From assembly GCA_951406725.2 (NCBI GenBank), contig OX597829.1:36456001-36520000 (forward strand): a DNA stretch of 64,000 nt, in the 5' to 3' direction. Positions 1-11,325 of the stretch are shown one piece after another. A program made the position numbers and the translations under genes. Under the pieces are notes generated by a model. It saw nothing but the letters and a program-made list of their open reading frames with translations. It searched no databases and had not been told where the DNA came from. Position 1 is the first letter of the stretch; every line of letters starts with the position of its first letter. Source of the DNA: Octopus vulgaris (lineage: Eukaryota).

Positions 1-887
1 ACACACACACACACACACAAATACATATGTATTTACCCACAAATATACACTTACATGTATATACATAAATATACGCTTATGCGTACACCAACGTTTGTCT
101 TACAAACATAAGTGTAAAAGCAAAGATACATTTTTTTACATGTAAACTCATTAATAAAAGCGAAGACATTTACATTGTCACAAACACACACACACACACA
201 CATACACACGCGCGCACTAATACATCACGTTCCGAGATAACCATACATAAAAACCTGATACAGGTGCATTGAATGCAAACATACACACAGGGAAGAAAAT
301 GCAACGGAACAAACAGACACTCATCTCGATGCGTCGTTTCTCTGTTACGGTTTTTTTTTTTCTGCATCTTTTTAGAGTCGGTTATTATCTTGTATGATTA
401 TTTTTCATTTTGCTCGAATTATTAAATTTTTGTTTCTCCCTAGACATGAAGTCTAGAGTACCCTATTTTAGTCGATGCATTATTCCATCATTCTTCTTTG
501 TTATGCTTTTTTCATGGTTCTTCCTTTCTTTTTTCTTTCCTTCTTACTGTTTTCTTCTTTCGCCTTTCTTTCGCCTTTCTTTTTTTCTTTCTTTCTTTCT
601 TTTTGTTATGTATATTTATCTGTTTTTACCTTTCATTCACTTTCTTCTTATATTTTCACACTGTCGTATTTCGTGTTTCTTTTTCATATAGATTCTTATC
701 AATTGTTTTGCATCTTATTTTCCTTAATAGCAGTCTTGTGTAGTTTTATTTTAATATTGATTTATACGTACACACACATTATTTTGATCTATCTACCTAT
801 CTAGCTATCTGTCTATCAATCTATCTATATATAAATATATCTGTCTATCTATCTACCTATCTACCTATCTGCCTGTCTGTCTATCTG

Positions 888-1199
888 GGCGTGACTGTGT
901 GGAAAGATCGCCAAACGCTTATAGATCATAGGCGCCTGTTTCTAACTATCGGGTAACTACCTAAAACACACACGCGCACACACACGCACGCACACACACA
1001 CACACACACATCTCTCTCTCTCTCTTTGTCTTTTTCTGAACCTGGAACTAAGTGTGTACCAACACACATAGTTCCAGGTTCAGTCCCCCTGCGTGGCACC
1101 TTGGACAAGTATCTTCTACTATAGCCTCGGTTCGACCAAAGCCTTGCGAGTGGATCAGGAAAGAAGCCCGTCGTGTGTGTGTAGTTGTGTGTATGTGTA

Positions 1200-1270
<71 letters not shown>

Positions 1271-1480
1271 TTGTGTGTTTGTGTTTGTGTGGTTCTTCCA
1301 CTATCGCTTGACAACTGATGTTGGCATGTTTACGTCTCCGCAACTTAGGGGTTCGGCAAAAAGACGCCGATAGAATAAGTACTAGGCTTACAAAGAATAA
1401 GTCCTGGGGTTGATTTGTTCGTCTAATGCGGTGCTCCAGCATGGCCGCACACAAATGACTGAAACAAATAAATATATAAA
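888..1480 (+). mobile_element. tRNA-derived SINE family 1 (internal (GT)n), head interrupted by an inverted templated insertion at ~903-1057
   Basis: ggcgtgactgtgtgg head at 888; the body resumes at ~1058 (gttccaggttcagtccc, B-box-like) and ends ...gcatggccgcacacaaatgactgaaacaa. Same family as 12233-12641, 58106-58520 and the head fragments at 1769 and ~43600. Confidence 0.8.
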
Positions 1481-1489
1481 AGAATAAAA

Positions 1490-1582
<93 letters not shown>

Positions 1583-2017
1583 GAAAAAGACAAAGAGAGA
1601 GAGATGTGTGTGTGTGTGTGCGTGCGTGTGTGTGCGCGTGTGTGTTTTAGTTAGTTACCCGATAGTTAGAAACAGGCGCCTATGATCTATAAGCGTTTGG
1701 CGATCTTTCATGTTTACAATTATTGGTATCTATCTATCTATCTAGCTAGCTAGCTAGCTAGCTATCTAGGCGTGGCTGTGTGGTAAGTAGCTTGCTTACC
1801 AACCACATGGTTCCGGGTTAAGACCGCCCCCACCCCCCGTAACTTTGCTATTTCATGCTCAATAAAAAAAAAACTCTAACAACGAAATAGTAGAGCCAAC
1901 ATACGATGCTCGTATTTATATTTATGAAATAATCCTGTAAAATAATTCAAACTATTCAATAAATATATTTAAGTTTGCAAGTATAATCATCGCACATCTG
2001 TAAAGATATATGCACAT

Positions 2018-2018
2018 G

Positions 2019-2050
<32 letters not shown>

Positions 2051-2192
2051 TGTATGTATGTATGTATGTATGTATGTATGTATGTATGTATGTATGCATG
2101 TATGTATGTATGCATGTATGTATGTATGCATGTATGTATGTATGTATGCATGTATGTATGTATGTATGTATGCACGTATGTATGTATGTATG

Positions 2193-2226
<34 letters not shown>

Positions 2227-2228
2227 TG

Positions 2229-2262
<34 letters not shown>

Positions 2263-2268
2263 TGTATG

Positions 2269-2299
<31 letters not shown>

Positions 2300-2342
2300 A
2301 TATATATGTATATATATATGTATATATATATATATATATACA
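2018..2342. repeat. (TATG)n/(TA)n microsatellite
   Basis: Directly visible. Confidence 0.97.
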
Positions 2343-2384
2343 TATACGGTGATCACGGTGATATATATCTATATATATATATAT

Positions 2385-2728
2385 GGTAGTTGTCTAGACC
2401 ATCTCCTGTACCTACACCTCAGAACCATCATGGCATCCAATGCGGCTTTTTAAACCAGTGTTCTGAAAAGACACCCACATAGATTAACATCCGATTTGGA
2501 CCAGCAAGAGCTGCAGATAAGTTATGATCTTTGTGGATCTTAAAATGTCTTTTAAGGCTTCTGTTAGATTTGCAAACCTGCTGGCATACACTGCATGCAA
2601 AGGTGTGCACAAACATACAGGAATAAAAGTTGGTGGAAGTTCGTTTTCCATGGGTTCGCAAATAAGATTTGAGCCCAGTAAAAGAGAGGCATGGTCTCTC
2701 ACAAACTGTGCACGCAAAAAAGCCATTG
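2385..2728 (-). pseudogene. Fragment with two C2H2-type zinc fingers, probably the 3' end of an RTE-like LINE (alternative: C2H2 ZNF gene relic)
   Basis: ORF 2428-2808(-) contains FACTVCERPCLSFTGLKSYLRTHG and FACSVCQQVCKSNRSLKRHFKIH. It is flanked by (TA)n on both sides and has no TGEKP linkers. Confidence 0.5.
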
Positions 2729-2757
2729 TGATATATATATATATATATATATATATA

Positions 2758-3730
2758 GACCGGAGTAAACACATAAATGTGAAACAAGGTGGAAAAAAGA
2801 GTACTCAAATACCAGTGGTAGAGTAATATGCTTTATTTTAAGCAGCAGAAAATTCAACAAAATCTGTTACTCTGAGTTTCTCGTTGCCGTTCATCAGACA
2901 GTTTTTGCTAGAATGGAACTTATATATTAATTCAATCTATACTCTTACAAACGCTACACCTTTAAAAATAAATGGACTTGTTTGATTGGCCCTTTAGAAA
3001 AAACGGTCAATCTTCGAGCGATAAACAAAAAGGTCAAAAATATATGTATATATATATAAAAAAACTTATAAAAATTATAAAATCCGAGGAAAAAACCGAG
3101 GAAAAAACCTATTGCCGTTAATGAAGACAGTGCAAATTAATGCATAGAAATTAAACCTGTTATAAATACTGCAATACATATTTATATTAAAATCTACATA
3201 TATATATCAACATACACAAAAGGATGCGCGTAAACGCCATACATACATATACAGACGTATGAATATGAATCTAAATATACACATAAAAGCATGTGTACAT
3301 ATATTCACGCAAACCGTCTCGCACGCAAGCTAAAATTCATCTATGTAGCAATTCTCATATACTGAGCAAGGAGGGGGAACGAAAGAAAGGGAAAGAGAGA
3401 AAAAGGAACGAAGGAGGGGTGGGGAAAAAACTTGTAACGATGTTATTGGCATCTATAGAGGCCAGTATACATACACAAGTTTGAATGGATACATATACAT
3501 ACCGTCGTGTATATGTGTGCTTAAGCACAAGCATACTTTCACTTACACATACACAGATACGCATGCTTACAAATACATATGCTTTGCTATACACATACTT
3601 ATATAAACATTCTAATTTTGACAACATTGCTTTTTTAAAAAAAACATTGCTTTTAAAAAATGGGTGCATTAATAAAAATATATACGAAAGACATAAAATA
3701 AAATATAACATCCTATTTTGGGTCATTTAT
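2758..3730 (-). mobile_element. Penelope-like pseudo-LTR remnant between (TA)n arrays
   Basis: AT-rich non-coding segment bounded by (TA)n, carrying a hammerhead-like motif near one end, as at the end of the 6871-8945 element. Confidence 0.55.
2864..2901 (-). ncRNA. Minimal hammerhead ribozyme-like motif
   Basis: Minus strand reads ctgt-CTGATGA-acg-gcaa-cga-GAAA-ctc-a-gag-TA-acag: stem I ctgt/acag, GNRA-capped stem II, stem III ctc/gag, GUA triplet. Confidence 0.75.
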
Positions 3731-3732
3731 AA

Positions 3733-3778
<46 letters not shown>

Positions 3779-3792
3779 TATTATTATTATTA

Positions 3793-3839
<47 letters not shown>

Positions 3840-4386
3840 GAGTGAGCGAGCAGAGCATGCCATCAAAGTGAAACTGGGGTAAAATATACGAAGCCCAGTA
3901 TACCCATCATGACTACCCGTCTGATAAGGGTACACCAGGCACATGCATCACAACCATATGTGCGCGACATTGTGATCTCATATCAAGATAAACAGCACAT
4001 GACCTTGCAGGTGGAGCCCAGTTAGGATTTTCTTCAGATCGAGTAACCCATCCCGCTCAAACGGTCCCTGAATAAGGGTTGTTTAAGGACGTTGAACGAA
4101 ACACCCATGTTTCCAGAGGTGAATTATTCAAACCCCAAAGAATCCTTCTCAACACATGGCTATGATGCTCCCCCACTACTTCTGCTCGTGATCAGAGATG
4201 CACATATCGTCAGCCACTTAGGGACATGCTCAACTGGTTAAGGTCAAACAACTGGCAAGCAAATCTGTGGTATTGAGCAGAATATTTGCTGTAGCCCATC
4301 TTTTATACCAAAACAAAACAATGTACATGATAACACTTCCAATCAGTTAAGATCAGAAGCCATGAGAGCCACTGCCTGGTACTGCT
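3840..4386 (-). mobile_element. ~550-bp non-coding (TAA)n-associated element, copy 1
   Basis: Highly similar to 4399-4952 and flanked by (TTA)n. Orientation is inferred from the neighbouring LINE. Confidence 0.7.
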
Positions 4387-4398
4387 ATTATTATTATT

Positions 4399-4952
4399 GA
4401 GTGAGAGAGCAGTTCATGCCATCAAAGTGACACTGGGGTAAAATATACGAAGCCCAATATACCCATCATGACTACCCGTCTGATAAAGGTACACCAGGCA
4501 CATGCATCACAACCATATGTGCAAAACATGGTGATCTCATATCAAGATAAACAGCACATGACCTTGCAGGTGGGGCCCAGTTAGAATTTTCTTCAGGTTG
4601 AGTAGCCCATCCCGCTCAAACGGTCCCTGAATAAGGGTTGTTTAAGGATGTTGAAAGAACCACCCATGTTCCAGAGGTGAACTATTCAAACCCCAAAGAA
4701 TCCCTCTCAACACATGGCTATGATGCTCCCCCACTACTTCTGCTCGTGATCAGAGATGTACATATCGTCAGCCACTAAGGGACATGCTCAACTGGTTAAG
4801 GTCAAACAACTGACAAGCAAATCTGTGGTATTGAGCAGAATATTTGCTGTAGCCCATCTTTTATACCAAGACAAAACAATGTACATGATAACACTTCCAA
4901 TCAGTTAAGATCAGAAGCCATGAAAGCCACTGCCTGGTACTGCATCAGGGCA
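4399..4952 (-). mobile_element. ~550-bp non-coding (TAA)n-associated element, copy 2
   Basis: Direct repeat of 3840-4386, separated from it by a short (TTA)n. Terminal hairpin tgcctg-gtactgcat-cagggca. Confidence 0.7.
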
Positions 4953-4967
4953 TTATTATTATTATTA

Positions 4968-6690
4968 TTCTATGTTTGACTTTTGCTTTATATTTGTACA
5001 AGTTGGCTCCAAGTCTCACCCAGAGACCTCAAGAGACAACAGGGTTGGAAGTTCATGTTGTTGTTATGCCTAGTGTGCCATATATTTGGGGGGTGGGGAT
5101 GTTGTACTAATGAATGTCTAAAAAAAAAAAAAAAAAAAAAAAGGTTTTTTTTTTTTTTTAAACCGAAAATTATGTTTGTTTTAAACCTTGAGATTACATA
5201 GAGAGTATTTTATGTAGGATATGAGCAGTTCCCATGAGCACTATCTTTTGAACTTCTGCCATTTTTGGGTTTCCTGGTATCTGAGTTAGGTAGCTATCAG
5301 CCCCTTTTGCTATCATTCCCAGGGCACCTATGACAACAGGTATTGTTTTAGTCTTCAGCTTCCACATTTTGCTGATTTCTATTTCAAGATCTTTATATTT
5401 GCTCAGTTTTTGGTAGGTCTTGACAGATACGTTTATATCGATTGGGACAGTCATATCAATGAGGAGGTATGTTCTTTGTTTGAAGTCTTTCAATATGATG
5501 TCTGGCCTATTTGCATCTATCTTCCTGTCAGTTTGAATGGTGAAGTTCCAGAGGAGTGAGATGTGGTCATTTTCAAGCACTGGGGGTGGTTTGTGTTCCC
5601 ACCAGTTTTTTTCATGGGGCAAATCCAGGTTTTTACAGATTACCCAGTGAATATATTGTGCAGCTCTATCGTGCCTGTTGAGATACTCTGTAGGCGCTAG
5701 AAGACTGCACTTGGAGACCACATGGTCAATGGTTTCATTTTGTTGCTTGCATACACGACACGTTGGACTGCTTCTGATCTTTAATATGTTGGCCTGGTAG
5801 TTTCTTGTTGGTAGGCATTGATCTTGAGCTGCTATGATAAACCCCTCTGTTTCAGATTTTAAGCCAGAGGCCATTAGCCATTGATGGGTCAGGGCTTTGT
5901 CGATATCTGCATTATTCGCTCTCTTTGGGTATTTGCCATAGAGAGGTTTTTCTTGCCATTTATTATTCAGAATATCTAAGGCCGCAGTTTTGGCACGGGT
6001 TTTCATGCGCCTAGCTTTTTCTGTGCTTGTTTCTTGTATATCTATCTCTAATTCCGAAATTGGTTGTATTCGGAATTCACTTAGATATTCCTTTGCCTGT
6101 TTTGTGACTGAGTATGATGCTTTCTTGTTTTCATGTTTTGAGACAAGTTTTAACATCCAGTCCTCAGAGTTTTTCAGGTAGGTGTCTAGGCCAATTGTAG
6201 CAATCTTCATTGTTATTGCCAGTTGCAAAAGACCACGGCCTCCCTCTTTTCTTGGCAGATAGAGTCGTTCTGTATCTGCCTTAGGGTGGTGCATTCTATG
6301 CATTGTCAACAGTTTCCTTATTTTTCTGTCGAGCTGACATATTTCAGTAATTGACCAGTTAACAATATTGAAACTGTAAGTCACGACTGGTATAGCTAAT
6401 GCATTGATTGCTTCGATCCTGTTTCTTGCATTCAGCTCTGTCTTGAGTATTGCTCTCACTCTTCGATAGCATTCTCTCCTGATCCTTTCCTTCATCTCTG
6501 AATGCCTTATTCCGTTCCCTTCAATTACCCCTAGGTACTTGTAGCTCTCCGCTGGGTCTAGTTCTTTTATGACATTCTGTTGGTCAAGGTTAACTTTAGA
6601 TGTTTCTGTCATTTTTCCTTTGATAAAGGTAGCCTTTGCACATTTATCGAGGCCGAATTGCATTCTGATGTCGTCACTGAATTGTTTGAC
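4968..6690 (-). mobile_element. 5'-truncated R4/Dong-like non-LTR retrotransposon inserted in (TAA)n
   Basis: Contains the 489-aa ORF plus a ~225-bp 3' UTR, with (TTA)n at both ends. Confidence 0.9.
5194..6663 (-). CDS. C-terminal part of R4/Dong-like ORF: end of RT, CCHC zinc knuckle, restriction-like endonuclease (uninterrupted, 5'-truncated)
   Basis: FGLDKC, YKYLG, RLYLPRKEGGRGL, CRVCKQQNETIDHVVSKC, RHD, NRPDI, IDMTVP, KLSKY and PVVIGALG motifs. Confidence 0.9.
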   Translation of the reverse strand: MQFGLDKCAKATFIKGKMTETSKVNLDQQNVIKELDPAESYKYLGVIEGNGIRHSEMKERIRRECYRRVRAILKTELNARNRIEAINALAIPVVTYSFNIVNWSITEICQLDRKIRKLLTMHRMHHPKADTERLYLPRKEGGRGLLQLAITMKIATIGLDTYLKNSEDWMLKLVSKHENKKASYSVTKQAKEYLSEFRIQPISELEIDIQETSTEKARRMKTRAKTAALDILNNKWQEKPLYGKYPKRANNADIDKALTHQWLMASGLKSETEGFIIAAQDQCLPTRNYQANILKIRSSPTCRVCKQQNETIDHVVSKCSLLAPTEYLNRHDRAAQYIHWVICKNLDLPHEKNWWEHKPPPVLENDHISLLWNFTIQTDRKIDANRPDIILKDFKQRTYLLIDMTVPIDINVSVKTYQKLSKYKDLEIEISKMWKLKTKTIPVVIGALGMIAKGADSYLTQIPGNPKMAEVQKIVLMGTAHILHKILSM

Positions 6691-6870
<180 letters not shown>

Positions 6871-7225
6871 ACAACACCATCTCTTCGGTTATCTGGCTAT
6901 TTGAAAACGTTATGAAAAAATACCGTTAAATAAAGGGAAATTACTCTGTTATAACTCTGCTTGCCTGCGTACTTATACATCGCTCGCATTTTTCGTCATA
7001 AAAATTATATAAAAATACATAAAAAATATATAAATTCTTCTTGGGACATAACATAGAAAGCATGTTCTATCTGTTTTCTTTAGGGGACCAAAGACGTAAC
7101 AGAAACTTAGTCACATGTGGGCAAGATCCGAAAAGCTCTGTCCTTGTATTTAGACATGTAGTAGGGTCTAAGCTGCTTTTCGAGATAAGCCATCTCTCCA
7201 TGTCGCATAGACCGCACCTTCTGCT

Positions 7226-8082
7226 GAAAATTATGAGCAAAATAAAATTTCGTAAGTCTTTTAACGATTTCCAACATAAATTGAAAAAAGATATTAATCA
7301 TATAAAGAGCTCCAAGAAAAAAGCACTTTTTTCGGATAAAACCAAGAACTTATACCTGGTAGATAACAGCAAATACACACAACTCTTACACAACAGCATC
7401 ATTAATAATTATACAAAGGCTAGGGCACAGACATATAACGAAATCAATAAAGAAGCTAGCGTCATCGCCGCTAAACTTAAATTAGATAAAAAAATAGAAG
7501 CCCTTCCCCAAAAAGAGGTCTTTATTACTATTAAAGATCATAAAGAAAACTTCCTTTCCAACCCTAAATGTAGGCTTATCAACCCAGCCAAGTCAGAACT
7601 TGGGATTATTAGCAAAGAAATTTTAGATAAAATAAATACGAAAATTAAGACCGATACTAGGCTAGTACAATGGTCCAATAGTATAGAAGTCGTAGACTGG
7701 TTTAAAGCTATTAAGAATAAGAAAAAAGCGAGGTTTACACAATTCGATATTGTTGATTTTTATGCCTCTATCTCTAAAGAACTGCTAGATAAAGCCCTCA
7801 CGCTAGTGATAGAAATTAGCCCTCATCTTACTTTTTCGAGGACGCAAAGTGACACCGACACATAGAAATGATGGGGCAGGCAGTGATCAATTGGATACCT
7901 TAGGTAAGACATTCCCTAACGTACATTTCGCCATCTACAAAGATGATGCCCTCGCCTTAATAGCTAATACAAATGGACCAGCACAAGATCGTTTTAGGAA
8001 GGATATTATCCAGTTAATGAAGCACTTCGGACTTAGTATAACTATAGATACTAACTTGACGGAGACACAATTTAAAAATTAG
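7226..8082 (+). pseudogene. PLE reverse transcriptase fragment (frameshifted/deleted)
   Basis: KCRLINPAKSELGIISK, QWSNS..V..WF, FTQFDIVDFYASIS and a YKDD catalytic-like motif in the next frame. Confidence 0.85.
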
Positions 8083-8173
8083 TTTTAGTTCAACTACCAA
8101 TTTTAAAAACATAATCAAACATAACATACAAAAAACACAAGAAGAAAACAGCTGTTCATGCAGGAATAAAGAA

Positions 8174-8611
8174 TTGTGCCCGCTAAATGGAGCTTGCATG
8201 TCCAAGACCATCATATATGCAGCTACCGTAAACTCTATAACCACTAAAGACACCGTTTCGACGAAGAAATACGTGGGCCTTACAGAGGGTAATTTCAAGG
8301 CCAGGTTCAATAACCACACTTTGAGCTTTAGGCACTGGAACAAAAGAAAAGCGACACAATTGTCTAATCATATTTGGTCTTTAAGAGATAAAGGTGTCGA
8401 TTATAACATACAATGGAAGATTTTGGCCAGATGTAAGCCCTATACTAACGGCAGCGGAAGGTGCGGTCTATGCGACATGGAGAGATGGCTTATCTGGAAA
8501 AGCAGCTTAGACCCTACTACATGTCTAAATACAAGGACAGAGCTTTTCGGATCTTGCCCACATGTGACTAAGTTTCTGTTACGTTTTTGGTCCCCTAAAG
8601 AAAACAGATAG
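8174..8611 (+). CDS. PLE GIY-YIG endonuclease domain (C-terminal part of the element ORF)
   Basis: CPLNGAC..IIY...YVGLT...FKARFNNH...LSNHIW...RCGLC.E...LNTRTE..SCPH. Confidence 0.85.
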   Translation: MCPLNGACMSKTIIYAATVNSITTKDTVSTKKYVGLTEGNFKARFNNHTLSFRHWNKRKATQLSNHIWSLRDKGVDYNIQWKILARCKPYTNGSGRCGLCDMERWLIWKSSLDPTTCLNTRTELFGSCPHVTKFLLRFWSPKENR

Positions 8612-8783
8612 AACATGCTTTCTATATTATGTCCCAAGAAGAATTTATATATTTTTTATGTATTTTTATATAATTTTTATGACGAAAAATGCGAGCGATG
8701 TATAAGTACGCAGGCAAGCAGAGTTATAACAGAGTAATTTCCCTTTATTTAACGGTATTTTTTCATAACGTTTTCAAATAGCC

Positions 8784-8846
8784 AGATAACCGAAGAGATG
8801 GTGCTGTGGATTTCCACTTCGGCATCTGAAACTCAGAGTTTTATCT
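8784..8846 (+). ncRNA. Hammerhead-like motif in PLE pseudo-LTR (CCGAAGA core)
   Basis: agataa-CCGAAGA-gatg..(gtgga-tt-tccac)..catc-t-GAAA-ctc-a-gag-TT-ttatct; stem I agataa/ttatct. Confidence 0.7.
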
Positions 8847-8942
8847 TGACTACCGAGTAATGTAACATATTGTATAGATAAATTTCCTCTATTTACATAA
8901 TATTGAGGTCTCTTTCTTTCTTTTGTTGTCTTACCGTTTTAT

Positions 8943-9000
<58 letters not shown>

Positions 9001-9002
<2 letters not shown>

Positions 9003-9414
9003 GTGGCTAATTCGCAATTTTACAACCAAAAGGCAGAAATATATACGTCACTAATTTGACAAAGGACACTGATCAGCACCAGTATTGCTAGAAATAAGAA
9101 ATAGGTTGTAAAATTGTGAAATAGCCACCCGCAATATTTATAACCTCCACTTTAACCGTTAATGAAACCAGCGTTTGATTTCAATGGAAATATTTTAAGT
9201 TGAAAAAGCAAGCTGAGTTTAACCATAGGCGCCGTGATAACCACCGATGAGCATTAAGATGCGTGAGCATCAAAATGCGAAATCATTGATGATCTGGCTA
9301 TCTTGGGGGGCGCTTACCTCCCTTGTTAGTCATTAAGATAGGGCTTCCGTTGTTTTGACTCTTAATTCTACCAATACTGTTGCTGATCAGTGCTCTTTGT
9401 CACGTTAGTGACGT

Positions 9415-9420
<6 letters not shown>
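9001..9420 (+). mobile_element. Solo PLE-like pseudo-LTR with internal inverted duplications
   Basis: Lies between (TA)n arrays. Inverted pairs 9001-9027/9104-9130 and 9039-9099/9360-9420. Contains a hammerhead motif. Confidence 0.6.
9236..9302 (+). ncRNA. Hammerhead ribozyme-like motif (type I, CCGATGA core, AUC triplet)
   Basis: gataacca-CCGATGA-gcatt-aa-gatgc-gtga-gcatc-aa-aatgc-GAAA-tca-ttga-tga-TC-tggctatc. All three stems pair; predicted cleavage is after C9294. Confidence 0.8.
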
Positions 9421-9658
<238 letters not shown>

Positions 9659-10468
9659 ATGTAAATAGAGAGACAAAACTGAAGATATTTATATATTAAC
9701 AGACCAGATTTCCACAGGGTACATGGAAGAGAAAACTAAGGCGAGAATGTTTGGTGTTACAGGTCCGAAACTGTTTCTGGGAGCTCTGACTTCCATAGTG
9801 ATGTTGACGGATACAGTTCGCAGAAAAGTCAGTGGTGGGTGCATATAAACATTATAGTAAATCCAGCTTTCATAAGGCAGAGAAATTTAAATTTAGAATG
9901 AGTGAAGAGGAAGGCCTATAGAAGTAAGTTGAGGAAAGAAGTAGGCGGCTCAAGGGAGAATTGTTGAAGCAAAAAAGGGCAAAAAGAGGTAGGAGACTCA
10001 GAGCTGGGAGAGAAAGGAGTGACCAGGGTATTAAGAGTAGTAGACTGTGGTGTGTCGAGAGATGGGTGGGAAGGAGTGGGTTGGGTAGCATTGTGAAGGG
10101 TGCTCATTGTTGTTGGGCTTGTTAACAGATATTATTAGTTAGGGATGTTTCGGGCTTTAACCCTGAGAATGGAAGATTAGTGTAATGAGAGACGGGAGAG
10201 GTGTGTATTAAAATGAAGAAAAAGGAGTTATAGATGCAGGTAGGGTAGCGAAGGGGGAATTCAAAGAATGACGATGGGTTGGCAGCGGAGAGAGAGCACC
10301 GAAGTAGGTAGAAAGGTATTGGAGTAACTAGAAAGAGTTAGAGGGAGAAAGGGAATAAGTTGGTAGCAAAAGCAACGGGTAGGTAATGCTAAGTTGTTCT
10401 GGTTGAAGAAGCAGCTAGGAGGAGAAGGGGAGGGAATTGGAAGTATGAGGTTAAGGTGGCGATAGAGG

Positions 10469-10657
10469 AGGTTGATAGACTTTTTCGGTTGGTCACATGG
10501 GATTTACAACCATATTACAGCCCGAATCAACCAAGAACAAGAACATTTTCTTCTGAACCCATTTGGCCTATTGTTTGCTGAAATGACCGCTTCCTCATTG
10601 GTGAAAGTGGACATGCAAGGCGAGATTGTTGATTCCGGTTCTACATCTTTGGGCATC
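10469..10657 (+). pseudogene. ADD1: Adducin (class II aldolase/adducin head domain) gene fragment, probably a retrocopy piece
   Basis: RLIDFFGWSHGIYNHITARINQEQEHFLLNPFGLLFAEMTASSLVKVDMQGEIVDSGSTSLGI matches the conserved adducin/hts head (GWxxxIYNHIT..EHFL..PFGLL..E.TASSLVK). Similarity stops abruptly, with no GT donor at the end and no polypyrimidine tract before it. Confidence 0.8.
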
Positions 10658-11325
10658 TATCTGCCAAGATTACTACTTAATTCCAAACCTCCAGAAACGG
10701 CTGAAATACCATACCAACTGAAATAATTGCAAGACATCGGTACTTAGGTCGAAGATACTAGGACACGTTCACACTGAAGAGTATTACAGAATAAAATAAC
10801 CATGACGCCATGTTATTGAAATAAACTAGTAAAACAATATGTATATATGCATGTATGCATGTGTCTGCGTGTATGTGTGCGCGCGCGTGTGTGTGTATGT
10901 GTGTGTGTTGTATTCCTAGATCGGTGTATCTGCCTAAACGTAAATATATGATTGAACAGATTACATGGATAAAATAAGTAATATACTGAAATAAGTAATG
11001 TAGATTATATGATCGACTAAAACCTGCGAGGTGTGAAAGAGTATTACATTAAATAATTTTAATGGCCTTTCCGCTCGTAATTATATTGATTTATTTTTCC
11101 TTGTCAGAATCTTATTTAGAGAGCCCCTTTTTTTTGTTCTCTGCTCTCTAGCACTTCTGTAAAGCAACGCCTGATCTCAAACAAAATCTTTCTCTCAAAA
11201 TCAAACTCTGATATTAGTTTGCTATGCGAAAAGCCAAATAGAAATTTTTTTCTTATCAATAGTTTATGTTTTGAGACACGTCTAAGGAGTCAAAGCTTTT
11301 ATGCATAACCATGGCACTAATACCT

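Larger units (their letters stand above)
6871..8945 (+). mobile_element. Penelope-like element (PLE), internally deleted, with inverted 5' pseudo-LTR
   Basis: 6871-7225 is a near-identical reverse complement of 8452-8807. RT and GIY-YIG fragments lie between, and (TA)n flanks both sides. Confidence 0.9.

Noticed and set aside
1952-2453. MYVC/HTYI-repeat ORFs here and at 9380, 15274, 28137, 37806, 39116 and elsewhere
   Set aside because: Translations of (TATG)n, (TA)n, (CA)n and (GATA)n arrays.
7041-7225. N-terminus of the 274-aa ORF as a novel domain
   Set aside because: It is the antisense reading of the inverted GIY-YIG/pseudo-LTR copy (compare ORF 8440-8637).
9760-9805. Possible hammerhead remnant on the minus strand (…ctcccaGAAAcagtt)
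   Set aside because: The 5' core is not recognisable; too degenerate to call.
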